DNA of 64,000 nucleotides from Candidatus Anderseniibacteriota bacterium (lineage in GTDB: Bacteria > Patescibacteriota > JAUYIX01): contig JAXLZM010000001.1 in assembly GCA_046350855.1 (NCBI GenBank), positions 89,420-153,419 of the forward strand. The letters run 5' to 3'. Below, in pieces: positions 1 through 9,043 of this stretch (positions are counted from its first letter, which is position 1; each line of letters starts with the position of its first letter). Made by a program: the position numbers and the translations under genes. The notes beneath the pieces were generated by a model. The model saw nothing but the letters and a program-made list of their open reading frames with translations. It did no database searches and had not been told where the DNA came from.

Positions 1-350
1 CTGATTCCGTCAAACAGAGGCACGTTGATGAGCTGCGCAAGTTGCAAGACCTGTGCACGATCGAGCTTGGCCGTATGCAGCTGAGAGAAGATATCTGCCA
101 ACTGCCGATGCCTGTCCTTGTACATCTCAGCGCTAGAAAAGTCGCCAAACAATTTTGTAATCGCAACCAGTTCAGCAATGAGTTGGCTCGACGTCACTCT
201 GCGACGGATTCTGTGCAACTCTGCAAGTCTTCGTGCGCCCCAATCCACTTCCAGTTCCGGATACTCCATCAGTACTGAACCAGCCGAGCCTGCCGATTCA
301 AAGATGCTGGTGATTCCCCTTTTTGGGGGCTTGTATCGTTTTCTGTTCAT
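1..350 (-). CDS. Hypothetical protein, 3' end outside the window (MNRKRYKPPKRGITSIFESAG...)
   Basis: ATG at 350 with AGGAGG at 355-360; frame stays open to the window edge; missing from the ORF track, presumably because it has no stop in the window. Confidence 0.7.
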   Translation of the reverse strand, partial: MNRKRYKPPKRGITSIFESAGSAGSVLMEYPELEVDWGARRLAELHRIRRRVTSSQLIAELVAITKLFGDFSSAEMYKDRHRQLADIFSQLHTAKLDRAQVLQLAQLINVPLFDGI

Positions 351-360
351 CTGGCCTCCT

Positions 361-430
361 GTTCAAAAAAAGAGCTCTATGGCTTCAAGACGAAGCCGAT
401 CAACTTAACTCGCGCCGTGGTAGTCGTCAA
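361..430 (-). promoter_or_regulatory. Sigma70-type promoter plus leader hairpin and boxA-like element for the 350 ORF
   Basis: TTGACG (430-425), 17 nt, TAAGTT (407-402); hairpin GGCTTC/GAAGCC 381-397; GCTCTTTTTTTGAAC 361-375. Confidence 0.55.
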
Positions 431-466
431 CTAAAAGTAGTGCAACACTAGAATAAATTCCTGACG

Positions 467-506
467 TAAAAAAACGTGGGCCCTGCGCTACTACGCAAAA
501 CCCACA
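467..506 (-). terminator. Intrinsic terminator after the 520..1023 ORF
   Basis: GTGGG...CCCAC stem followed by a T7 tract on the minus strand. Confidence 0.6.
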
Positions 507-519
507 ACATGCACTTGCC

Positions 520-1023
520 CTATAACAAGTGCGTGGGGATTATCTCGGTATGCACTTCGCAAAGCTTCACGAACTCGCTTCCATCTCGATCCTCCATGCA
601 GAAGTTTCTAGCGACAGCGGTAGGCATCATCGCCAGGATGAACGCACTCCAGAAATTGGGACACCCGTACAGACGCTTCATCTTTCTAGGATGCTCAAAG
701 TCCAGACGACAGTCCCCCTCACCGGTCCAATAGATACTTTCGAGGTTGATAATGGCAGTGCCTGTTTCTCTGCGATATCCTCTGAAATGCAGCACAACCG
801 GTTGCGGAAAGCGTAGAGATTTGAGAAAGCTGCGCATCGCAGAATCCAGTAGGGGCCAATTGAGCAATTGCTCGAGAATGTTAGTAGCAGTGGGAGCTAT
901 GGGAGAACCCACCCTCTGCTCAGGAGGCGGGTTAACGTGAATCTCTGAGCGGATTCGAGCCAAATCCATGATCGCCGGAGGGACTAGCACGTCACATTCC
1001 AAGGGTATTCTTGAACTGGCCAT
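520..1023 (-). CDS. Orphan hypothetical protein (~167 aa; the track extends it to 1056)
   Basis: Open frame with its own promoter (TTGACT 1108-1103, TAGGAT 1086-1081) and terminator; start at 1023 inferred from the GGGGG motif and leader layout. Confidence 0.6.
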   Translation of the reverse strand: MASSRIPLECDVLVPPAIMDLARIRSEIHVNPPPEQRVGSPIAPTATNILEQLLNWPLLDSAMRSFLKSLRFPQPVVLHFRGYRRETGTAIINLESIYWTGEGDCRLDFEHPRKMKRLYGCPNFWSAFILAMMPTAVARNFCMEDRDGSEFVKLCEVHTEIIPTHLL

Positions 1024-1128
1024 TTTTGGCGACCCCCAATCTTTGTTGAAGAACATCGCATTTTTTAGATGCGATAGGACATCCTAGGGTTTTTATTCAT
1101 TTAGTCAACTTTTGGCTATTCCAACACG

Positions 1129-1202
1129 TGGCTGGGGAGGAAGGGATCGAACCTTCGATGGTGGATTCAGAGTCCACTGCCTTACCGCTTGGCTACTCCC
1201 CA
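1129..1202 (-). tRNA. tRNA-Gln (anticodon CTG)
   Basis: Cloverleaf TGGGGAG...CTCCCCAGCCA; anticodon arm GTGGA-CTCTGAA-TCCAC; GGTTCGA T-loop; encoded CCA. Confidence 0.97.
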
Positions 1203-1311
1203 AAGCAGGCCGAGGCTAGCATTTTTGGCTCATGCGATCAATGTTTTGCCAAAAAAGTAAAAGCCGCCAAGATCCAGGATCTCAGCGGCTTTGTGGGACA
1301 GACCAACGCGC

Positions 1312-2103
1312 TCAACCACGAAAGTTGAAGTACGTTATTGGCTCGATTCCAAAAGTGGTCTCCAGCCATACCGCTACCCTAAACACGAGCACCGCCTTAC
1401 CCAGCACGGCGCGAACAAGCCAGTACTGTTGGTGGTAGCGCCTGCGCATGGCCTGGCGTTCGCTTGCAATCGGCCAATGCGTCACCGACCCCACATAGGT
1501 CACACGACAGAGGGGCAAAAAGCGGTGCGGCATAGCATCGCCTTGCTCAAACTCAACCACAAAGCGCTCCCACCGTCGCTTACCAGTCTCGCGATCCAAG
1601 GCCTCACAAGCCAGCGTGGACTTTTGCGTGTCGCGTCGGATCTCAAGTACGGGTTCGTACAAGGATCGTGCCTGGTTCAGATTGAGTTCCTCCAAAACGT
1701 TGTGCCAGGCTTCTCGATAGTACTGCATCGGACGAACCCAGCCGTAGACGGGCTCGTTGATGGGTCTGAGCTTGCCCATGCGAACCAGTTTGCGGGTCGG
1801 ATGGCCGAGCAACCCGACCGTATGACAAGTCTGGCCTAGGCCAAGCGACTGGGCTACGCGCCCAACCGGACCGGGCACCGTGCACTGGGTCGGGCCGATA
1901 TAGATCGGTTCCCAGCCGTCTTGCTCGAGATAACACAGCACGGAAGAACGCGGCTGCGTAAAGGCAAACGCACGCGGCTGGTGGAGTGGTTCACCCTCGA
2001 GATCCTCGGCCTCACAGCGGAGGCAAAGGTGCTCATCGTGCGAACCAGTACCCCGAACACAGAGCGTCGGGATGGTGACGTCTTTTTGAATTGTAGTGAG
2101 CAT
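1312..2103 (-). CDS. Orphan hypothetical protein, 263 aa, Cys/His-containing N-terminus
   Basis: Long ORF; GGAGG upstream of ATG; promoter-like TTGCGT...TAGTCT just after the ftsX stop. Confidence 0.65.
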   Translation of the reverse strand: MLTTIQKDVTIPTLCVRGTGSHDEHLCLRCEAEDLEGEPLHQPRAFAFTQPRSSVLCYLEQDGWEPIYIGPTQCTVPGPVGRVAQSLGLGQTCHTVGLLGHPTRKLVRMGKLRPINEPVYGWVRPMQYYREAWHNVLEELNLNQARSLYEPVLEIRRDTQKSTLACEALDRETGKRRWERFVVEFEQGDAMPHRFLPLCRVTYVGSVTHWPIASERQAMRRRYHQQYWLVRAVLGKAVLVFRVAVWLETTFGIEPITYFNFRG

Positions 2104-2168
2104 TCCGTAACCTCCGCCTCGACCAAAACTGATTGCTCGAGACTAGCGCGGGCAATACGGAGACGCAA

Positions 2169-3119
2169 CTAGACCTTGAGGTAGCGGTGGATCGCAAGCA
2201 AACTCGAGGCCACGCCGAGGGCCACGCCAAAGAGGAGTTCGCCCCCAATGACGAGCAGCAGATTATGCTGGACGAACTCAAAGATCAGGCTGGAGGTGCC
2301 AAAAAACGTCTCGATGCGCGGGCCGGCCCAGAGCAAAATCGGCTCGATAATGACGATCGTGATTAGACTGGCCACAAAGCCGTACAAAAAACCCTCGATC
2401 AAAAACGGCCCGCGCACAAAGCCGTTGGTGGCGCCCACAAGCTTCATGATGCCGACCTCCTCGCGCCGCGAGTAAATCGTGAGCCGAATCGTATTAAAGA
2501 CCACCAACATCGCGATCGCGATCAAAATGAGGCCGACCGCGAGGCCCCCTGTTTTGGACCAGCGCGAGATGCGCGAGAGTCGGTCGATTGTGTCGCGGTT
2601 GTCCTCGTAGTTCACCCGATCAACGACTTGGCCATCGACCTTACCTTTGAGTTGGTCGTTAATGGCAGCGTACTGGTTGGGGTCGTTGGCATGCAGGACC
2701 AGCGTGGTTTGCAAGGGGTTATCGGCTAGTTCATCCAAGGAGGCGTTAATGAGCGGGTTATCGAGATGCTCTTGGCGGAACCGCTCCAAGGCCTCCTCAC
2801 GTGAGACGATGGTGACCTCTGAGACGCCTGGGATGTTGCGGATCTCGGCCTGACTGGTCGCGATCTGCTCGGGCGAGGCTAGCGGATCAAAGTAGACGCT
2901 GATGTCGACTTTGCTCTGGACACTCCGCAGGGCCACCCCGGTCAAGAGGTTGATTAACAAAATTAAGCTGGCCGCGAGGAGTGTCAGGGTCATGACAAAG
3001 GTCGTGGCGATCGAGAGACCAATGTTGCGCCAATAGTTTTGCAGACCGCTGCGGAAAACGCGGCGCATTTGGAAATATTCAATCTTTTGAACGTTGCGGG
3101 AAGCTTTTTTAGCGGGCAT
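2169..3119 (-). CDS. ftsX: Cell division permease FtsX
   Basis: Four TM segments, large extracytoplasmic loop, NTIRLTIYSRREEVGIMKLVGAT motif; downstream of ftsE. Confidence 0.95.
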   Translation of the reverse strand: MPAKKASRNVQKIEYFQMRRVFRSGLQNYWRNIGLSIATTFVMTLTLLAASLILLINLLTGVALRSVQSKVDISVYFDPLASPEQIATSQAEIRNIPGVSEVTIVSREEALERFRQEHLDNPLINASLDELADNPLQTTLVLHANDPNQYAAINDQLKGKVDGQVVDRVNYEDNRDTIDRLSRISRWSKTGGLAVGLILIAIAMLVVFNTIRLTIYSRREEVGIMKLVGATNGFVRGPFLIEGFLYGFVASLITIVIIEPILLWAGPRIETFFGTSSLIFEFVQHNLLLVIGGELLFGVALGVASSLLAIHRYLKV

Positions 3120-3137
3120 GGCGCGAGTCAGGTCAGG

Positions 3138-3821
3138 TTACAGGAGGTACTTGCCTTGTTTTTCGTCGCGCACAATGCGGCCGGCGTCGATCGTGACGAC
3201 GTGGCGCTGGAGTTTGTTCACGATCTCAGCGTTGTGGGTCACCATCAAAACGGTGGTGCCGGCCGCGTTGATCCGCTCTAAAATCTCGATCACCTCTTGG
3301 GCATTGATCATGTCGAGATTGCCGGTGGGTTCGTCCGCGATCAGGAGTTTGGGTGAGTGCACCAAGGCCCGGGCGATCGCCACGCGCTGCTGCTCCCCGC
3401 CCGAGAGTTGCGCCGGAAAATTATCGCGCCGCTCACGCAGGCCAACGATATCGAGAGTCTCCATCACTTTTTGCTTGATCTTGGGGTGCGGCAAATTACC
3501 GGCTACCTCCATAGCAAAGCCAACGTTCTCGGCCACGGTCTTGCGCTCGAGCAATTTAAAATCCTGAAACACCACCCCGATCTGTCGGCGATAAAACGGC
3601 ACGTGCGAGTGGTGCATGTCGTTGACCAGCCAATCGTCGACCTTAATCTCGCCACTCGAGGGTCGCTCCTCCGCGATCAACAAACGCACCAGGGTCGATT
3701 TGCCGGTCCCACTCATGCCCACGATCGAGACAAATTCCCCGGTATCGATGTTCATACTGACGTTATCGAGTGCCACCACGTTGGGGTGGTAGACCTTTGA
3801 GACGTTGCGCAAACTGATCAT
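3138..3821 (-). CDS. ftsE: Cell division ATP-binding protein FtsE
   Basis: Walker A GMSGTGKST, VFQDFKLL, LSGGEQQR, ADEPTGNLD. Confidence 0.96.
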   Translation of the reverse strand: MISLRNVSKVYHPNVVALDNVSMNIDTGEFVSIVGMSGTGKSTLVRLLIAEERPSSGEIKVDDWLVNDMHHSHVPFYRRQIGVVFQDFKLLERKTVAENVGFAMEVAGNLPHPKIKQKVMETLDIVGLRERRDNFPAQLSGGEQQRVAIARALVHSPKLLIADEPTGNLDMINAQEVIEILERINAAGTTVLMVTHNAEIVNKLQRHVVTIDAGRIVRDEKQGKYLL

Positions 3822-3940
3822 TGGCTCAACTATAGCGCAATTTTGGCTTTACTGGCAGCTGATTTGCACCTGGACGAACACAGTTTTTGCAGGTTCATCC
3901 GGCCTTAGGTTGACTTTCCCCATCTTTCCCCAATTTGCCT

Positions 3941-3978
3941 TTGACATCGCTATGCTCGGCGACCTACAATGTGGATAA
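3941..3978 (+). promoter_or_regulatory. Sigma70 promoter overlapped by a perfect DnaA box
   Basis: TTGACA 3941-3946, TACAAT 3965-3970, TGTGGATAA 3970-3978. Confidence 0.6.
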
Positions 3979-3999
3979 GTTAATTCCTAATAAACTCCA

Positions 4000-4518
4000 A
4001 TGGACACAATGGATAACATGATGAACAGCGGCCCAACAGGTCAAATGATGGGCAAGAAAGTCGGCGGAAAAATGAGCGTCGGCCAATATATTTCGTTCCA
4101 AAAGAAATATTACATGTGGCTGCTCTTGGCGGCCGTGGTTGGCGCAATCCTGACCTGCTTTGGTTGGGGCTGGCTGACCTGGTTGATTCAGCTCTACGGT
4201 GCCTTTGTGTTCTTCTGGTTTGGCTACCAGATGGTCAAGATGCACCGCGGTGAGATGAAGGACGCCCTGATCGGTGGCGCGGTCCTCGGTGTGATCCCCG
4301 CGATTTTGCTCGGTATCGGCTGGTTTATCTACTTTGCCTTCCTGTTCCGCCCACTCGGTTTCCTCGGAATCTCTGGCGGCTTTGGCATCGGCTACGGGAT
4401 CGGCCAATTGATTGGCTGGATCATCGGTGGCGCCGTCGGTGGCCTCGTGATGTCGCTCATCGGTTACGCAGTTGCTGGTGGCTTCTCCAAGCCAGGCGCT
4501 GGTGCTCCGCGAGCCTAG
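4000..4518 (+). CDS. Gly-rich multi-pass membrane protein of unknown function
   Basis: 172 aa ORF with four hydrophobic segments; own promoter and terminator. Confidence 0.8.
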   Translation: MDTMDNMMNSGPTGQMMGKKVGGKMSVGQYISFQKKYYMWLLLAAVVGAILTCFGWGWLTWLIQLYGAFVFFWFGYQMVKMHRGEMKDALIGGAVLGVIPAILLGIGWFIYFAFLFRPLGFLGISGGFGIGYGIGQLIGWIIGGAVGGLVMSLIGYAVAGGFSKPGAGAPRA

Positions 4519-4553
4519 TTAGCCTATAGTTCCCGGCTTAGCCGGTTGAACCC

Positions 4554-4589
4554 AAAAAGCCCGCCCTAGCCGGCGGGCTTTTTGTTTTG
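4554..4589. terminator. Bidirectional intrinsic terminator
   Basis: AAAAAGCCCGCC-CTAGCC-GGCGGGCTTTTT. Confidence 0.85.
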
Positions 4590-4670
4590 TTCAAACTAAA
4601 ACGATAAGAAAAAGAGGGTAGATCTGTCGACCTACCCCCGCTCGAAGAAACTGCTGTTGGAATTGACCCG

Positions 4671-5003
4671 CTAGGCGAGGACCCTGGCTCCGCACATGGT
4701 GCAGTGGGGCAGCTTCCCAACGTACTCCGGCGCTTCGGTACGAGTACGTTCGAGTCCGGGATGCCCAGACTCACACTCCTCGGTGCGGTACTTGGCGCTC
4801 GTCTTGCCCCACTCCTTCTGGAAGGTCGCTTCGTTGAAGTTCGGGTTCTCCATGCCGCATCTCATGCAGAAGAGCTGATGATCGTCGACCTTACCCCCGC
4901 AAGCCTCGCAATCGGATCCAGCCTCGAGTGCATCTGCGAGGCGCTTCAGGGCCTGTTGTTTCTCCGCGGGTGTTGCGTTCTTGAGTCTTTCAGACAGTGA
5001 CAT
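4671..5003 (-). CDS. Small zinc-ribbon protein (~110 aa; CEAC, CMRC, CTMC)
   Basis: ATG at 5003 after AAGGGG; three CxxC pairs; promoter TTGACA...TGCTACTTT at ~5087-5114; terminator GGGGTAG/CTACCCT-T5 at ~4608-4640. Confidence 0.75.
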   Translation of the reverse strand: MSLSERLKNATPAEKQQALKRLADALEAGSDCEACGGKVDDHQLFCMRCGMENPNFNEATFQKEWGKTSAKYRTEECESGHPGLERTRTEAPEYVGKLPHCTMCGARVLA

Positions 5004-5130
5004 GGCCACCCCTTTGGTTATCTCCCCCATTTCTACTCTCGAACTCAAAAGCAGGAAAGGAGGAAATAGAAGGAACAAACGAGCCAAAGTAGCACATTCG
5101 CGACTCCCTGTCAACATTGCGTTAACCGAA

Positions 5131-6259
5131 CTAACGATCGGTTTTACGCTGTAGATCAACCTCGCACTGGGCACGCCAGTTGAGGTACCCCTCAATAAAG
5201 GCCTTTAAGTCACCTCCCAGCACACCCTCTGTATCTGAGGTCTGCACATCGGTGCGATGGTCTTTAACCATCTGGTACGGGTGCAGAACGTACGATCTAA
5301 TCTGATTCCCCCACTCAGCACTTTGGTAGGCGCCGCGCAGCTTACGTTTTTCGGCGTCTTGTTCTTGCTGACGACGCAGGGCCAGCTTGGACTGTAAGAT
5401 TCGCATAGCGTTAGCCCGGTTTTGCACTTGGCTGCGCTCGGATTGGCTGGCCGCCACGATTCCTGTCGGAATGTGCGTGAGCCGGATGGCGGTCGAGGTT
5501 TTGTTGACGTTTTGACCGCCGGCCCCACCGGCGCGGTACATGTCTATCTTGAGTTCATCCGGTTTAATCTCGATCGACTCGTGCTTACCAATCTCTGGCA
5601 GAACCTCGACGAGGGCAAAACTGGTCTGGCGCAGCTGGTCGGCGTTAAAGGGCGACATGCGCACGAGACGATGCACGCCAAACTCGCCCTTGAGATAGCC
5701 ATAGGCGTAAGGGCCGCTCACCTCAAAGGTAGCCGACTTGATGCCAGCCTCCTCGCCGCGGGAGGTGTCGAGAATGCGCGTCTTAAAGCCATTTTGCTCG
5801 GCGTAGCGCAGGTACATACGCAGCAACATCTCGGCCCAGTCCATGGCGTCAACGCCGCCCGTACCAGCATGGATCGCCATGATCGCGCTGTTAGGATCGT
5901 ACTGGCCAGACAAGAGCATCTCAAACTCGTGCTCCCCGACTTGCTTGGCGAGTTCCGTAGTGCGTTTTTCTAGGTCGGTTTGCATCGACTGATCGGGCTC
6001 CTTGGCAATAAGCGTGGCGATTTCTATAAGTTCTGCCGCCTCTTTTGAGAGGCCATCCCAAAGCTGGACGGTCTGTTGTAACCGCGCTAACTCCTGCGAG
6101 AGCTGTTGGGCTTGTTCGCGATTATTCCAAAAGTCGGGTGCCGCTGAATCCCGTTCTAGTTCAACAATGCGCTTTTGTTTGCCGGCGACGTCAAAGACAG
6201 TCCTGGGCGGCCAGGATTTTGCGGGAGAGTTCTTGCAGCTGTTGTTTGACGGTGCTCAT
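5131..6259 (-). CDS. prfB: Peptide chain release factor 2 with programmed +1 frameshift at CTT-TGA-C (6196-6190)
   Basis: SPF and GGQ motifs; short upstream ORF MSTVKQQLQELSRKILAAQDCL ends CTT TGA; the +1 frame continues DVAGKQKRI...DFWNN into the main ORF. Confidence 0.97.
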
Positions 6260-6332
6260 GCCCTAATAATGCACTTTTCGACAACAAAATCAAGAAAAAG
6301 AGAAGCCCCCGGCAAGGACAGGGGCTATAACA

Positions 6333-6587
6333 CTACGGCAGGAGTGTGTAGGGGTTAAAACTGCGTCGCTTTCCACGAGCAGTCTCCGCGCCCTCACGAA
6401 ACGGCCTGATCGTTGATTCGAACTCAATTGCCGCCTTGAGGATCTCCGTATCGTACCGTTTACGAAACTCGGCTTGTCGCGCAGCAGATAGTGGCACGAT
6501 GGTCTTCCTCAGAAGTTCTGGATGAAAAGTGTCCACAATTTGGACGGTCCAAAGACTACCTTTTTGTCGCGGTCTTGCTCTTGGCAC
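6333..6587 (-). CDS. Small orphan protein (~84 aa, MPRARPRQKG...)
   Basis: GTG at 6587 after AAGGAGG; terminator hairpin AGCCCC/GGGGCT plus T tract at ~6296-6328. Confidence 0.6.
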   Translation of the reverse strand: MPRARPRQKGSLWTVQIVDTFHPELLRKTIVPLSAARQAEFRKRYDTEILKAAIEFESTIRPFREGAETARGKRRSFNPYTLLP

Positions 6588-6621
6588 AGACACCTCCTTG
6601 ATCTCTAAAAGAGCGGATGAA

Positions 6622-7185
6622 CTACACCAGCGGCTTGGCAATCCAGACCACGCGGGCGATCTCGTTGTCGCGGTGGCTAAAGTCGATGTTGAGATCCCCC
6701 CCAAGAGCCCGCTTTACCTCGTTACCGATGGCTACAGCGAGCTGGTTCTCGGTGGTGTACGCCACGATCTCGTTGCCTTTATCAAGCATCTTGTAAATCC
6801 GGTCCATGGGATCGCGTCTAAAGGCCCGATCCGCAATGTTGCGCACTAAATTAATCAGCTCCTCGCGGTGCTGTTTATCAAACGTATCTAGGGCCGAGAG
6901 CGTCACGATCCCCTCGGGCAGGTCGAGCTGTGTTTTGTGGCAGGCCGGGCACTTACGCGCGAGGTCAAGATTTTGCGAAATCTGCTCGTATTTACGCGGA
7001 TCGGTGTGCCAAGATTTGCGATAAAAAATCGAGCGGCAGATCGGACAAAAAAACTCACCCGCAGCATTTTTTTCCTCGTCGGGTTTGATGCGGCGTGGTT
7101 CGGCCTTTAATTGGCGCAAAACAGCATCGTCCGGGGTGTTATCTAACCCAAAATTACTGGGGCCACTCGTGCTGGGCTTGGACAT
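6622..7185 (-). CDS. BCAM0308-family (NMD3-like zinc-ribbon) protein
   Basis: CPIC...W...CPAC, D-x-P-E-G-I-V-T-L, H-x-x-E-L-x-x-L-x-R-N and P-M-D-R-I pattern. Confidence 0.7.
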   Translation of the reverse strand: MSKPSTSGPSNFGLDNTPDDAVLRQLKAEPRRIKPDEEKNAAGEFFCPICRSIFYRKSWHTDPRKYEQISQNLDLARKCPACHKTQLDLPEGIVTLSALDTFDKQHREELINLVRNIADRAFRRDPMDRIYKMLDKGNEIVAYTTENQLAVAIGNEVKRALGGDLNIDFSHRDNEIARVVWIAKPLV

Positions 7186-7186
7186 A

Positions 7187-7639
7187 CTAGTACCCTAGCG
7201 CACGCACGGTGGAACCCGCAACCTCTTGGTAGGTGTTCCAAAAACGCTCGGGCGTGGTGATCTCGGTCTCACCGTAGGTCTCGAGCTCGAGCAGATCGTT
7301 GTCGCGCGTGATGATGTAGTCGGCGTCGCCCTCTTTGGCCAGCGACAAAAATTTATCGTCCTCGCGATCACTAGAGGCCCCAGTCGCCTCCCGAACGGTA
7401 TCTACGCTGGGTTGTACCGTCTCAGCTTGCTCTAAAAAGTTTTGGAGGAGGGTGCGGTACTCGTCCTCTACTACCAAACGCTCGATTAGTCGCTCATGCT
7501 CTCGGAGAGTGCGTGGTGAGAGCAAGGGTTGGAGTTCTCCCGCTAAGGCCAAACGCATAATCCGCACCTGAAAACTGTGCGGATCCTTAGCTCCTTCGAT
7601 CAGTACATTGGTGTCGATAACGACCCTGAGCATAGACAT
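7187..7639 (-). CDS. PIN-domain protein (putative toxin-antitoxin toxin family)
   Basis: RVVIDTNVL, DREDDKFL, ADYIITRDNDLL. Confidence 0.88.
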   Translation of the reverse strand: MSMLRVVIDTNVLIEGAKDPHSFQVRIMRLALAGELQPLLSPRTLREHERLIERLVVEDEYRTLLQNFLEQAETVQPSVDTVREATGASSDREDDKFLSLAKEGDADYIITRDNDLLELETYGETEITTPERFWNTYQEVAGSTVRALGY

Positions 7640-7679
7640 CCAGCCAAACTACCAGGCGAGCAAGTCACTGGCAAGTCGA

Positions 7680-7844
7680 CTACGGCACATTTTGAGTCTC
7701 GATCGTAAAGGGATTATGTCTAAAGACGCCCAGATAGGTCGGGATAACCGCCGCAAAAATGCGATCCAAAAAAATCCCCACAAAAAAGAGGATCAAAATA
7801 ACCGCTAATACCAGCCAGGCTCGACTGAGGGATTTTTCTGCCAT
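7680..7844 (-). CDS. 54-aa small membrane protein (MAEKSLSRAWLVLAVILILFFVGIFLDRIF...)
   Basis: Clean ATG..TAG frame with one TM helix; -10-like TACACT upstream; apparently below the track length cut-off. Confidence 0.6.
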   Translation of the reverse strand: MAEKSLSRAWLVLAVILILFFVGIFLDRIFAAVIPTYLGVFRHNPFTIETQNVP

Positions 7845-7924
7845 TGGCTAGTAGTGTAGCGCATTGACGCTCCTCGCTCAATCGGTCAGTATGGCCTGGC
7901 CAGCGCGGCAAATAGGCCGCACAG

Positions 7925-8000
7925 GCCGACGTAGCTCAGTTGGCAGAGCGGCGCATTCGTAACGCGCAGGTCGTGAGTTCGATCCTCACCGTCGGCTCCA
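7925..8000 (+). tRNA. tRNA-Thr (anticodon CGT)
   Basis: GCCGACG...CGTCGGC-T-CCA; D arm GCTCAGTTGGCAGAGC; anticodon loop TTCGTAA; GTTCGA T-loop. Confidence 0.96.
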
Positions 8001-8009
8001 GCTAGGGCG

Positions 8010-8423
8010 CTAACGCGCGCTAAAGAGATAGGTCCACCAGCGCTCGAGATTGCTGACCGGTAGTGCCGCGGCAGCAACCGTTGTGGCTGTGGTCCCGGGA
8101 GTGCTTGAGGGGGTCTCGACTTCGATTACTTTTTCGCCCGGGAGCTGTACGTTGAGTTTGGAGCGTGCCTCACGCTCTTTAAACTCGTCTGACTGAAAAT
8201 AATCGATCAACCCCGCCAGCTCCTCGTTACGCCGCTCGAGCTGAGTAATATCGTGATCGAGCGCGCTCACCTCTTTACGGATGCGGGCCTTACGAGTGAT
8301 ATCGCGCGTGAGGGCTACTCCGATCCCCAGCAAGACAATCACACCAACTACCACTACCCAGCGTCCACCCGCTAACAGCTGACGAGGTGAGCGCGCTCGT
8401 TTGAGTGAGAGCGGTATGCTCAT
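8010..8423 (-). CDS. Septum formation initiator (FtsB/DivIC family)
   Basis: TM helix, coiled coil, E-x-x-AR-x-x-L...PGE motif. Confidence 0.85.
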   Translation of the reverse strand: MSIPLSLKRARSPRQLLAGGRWVVVVGVIVLLGIGVALTRDITRKARIRKEVSALDHDITQLERRNEELAGLIDYFQSDEFKEREARSKLNVQLPGEKVIEVETPSSTPGTTATTVAAAALPVSNLERWWTYLFSAR

Positions 8424-9043
8424 TACTCGGCCTCCTCACTCTCACCTGCCTCACCTGAGTCGGAGCCAGAGGGTTCAACCTCGTCGGTGGTGTGGGCCCG
8501 GGCAATCAGTTCGATCAGCTCTTTAGCTGACATATCGCCCCCATGCCGCTCCTTAAACAACTTTTGGGCCTCCATTAAAATCTCATGCACCTTACGTGGG
8601 TGCGGCACATGGTCTAACTCCAGTCGCTTATCAGCCCCGGCCGTTTGCACCGAGACTGCCCCATAATCCAAGCTCGTAGCCACCAGACCCACGATCGAGT
8701 AGGTCACGTCTTGTACCTTATCAAAGGTCGTCTCGGAGACGGTCCGTTTAAACAAGCCACTCTGATCGATATCGATAATGCGCTGATCCGTGACGATCAA
8801 ACTATCAAAATAGTGAATGACCCAGTGGTAGATCCCGTAGAGTAGCGTCCCAAACAGCAGCACAAACCAGGCCACCATGGCAGCGCTGTTCCTAAAAAAG
8901 AAGTCGACAAACCCGATCAGTAGCCCAAGCACCACCACCGAGAGCACTAACGGTACCAGCAGCGTAATCCAGTGTTTGCGGACGATCGCTACGATCGCTT
9001 CATCTTTTTTGAGGCTTTGCGTAAAATAGTCGCGTAAAGACAT
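8423..9043 (-). CDS. Membrane-flanked bacterial PH-domain protein
   Basis: RKHW, two TM helices, IVTDQRII...GLF...KVQDV...DYG-x-V-x-VQTAG. Confidence 0.82.
   Translation of the reverse strand: MSLRDYFTQSLKKDEAIVAIVRKHWITLLVPLVLSVVVLGLLIGFVDFFFRNSAAMVAWFVLLFGTLLYGIYHWVIHYFDSLIVTDQRIIDIDQSGLFKRTVSETTFDKVQDVTYSIVGLVATSLDYGAVSVQTAGADKRLELDHVPHPRKVHEILMEAQKLFKERHGGDMSAKELIELIARAHTTDEVEPSGSDSGEAGESEEAE

Noticed and set aside
3970-3978. Replication origin
   Set aside because: Only isolated DnaA boxes are present (here, ~26348 and ~57663), with no cluster and no dnaA or dnaN nearby.
5986-6259. prfB as a pseudogene or a sign of stop-codon reassignment
   Set aside because: The in-frame TGA is the canonical programmed frameshift site, and TGA terminates many other genes here, consistent with genetic code 11.
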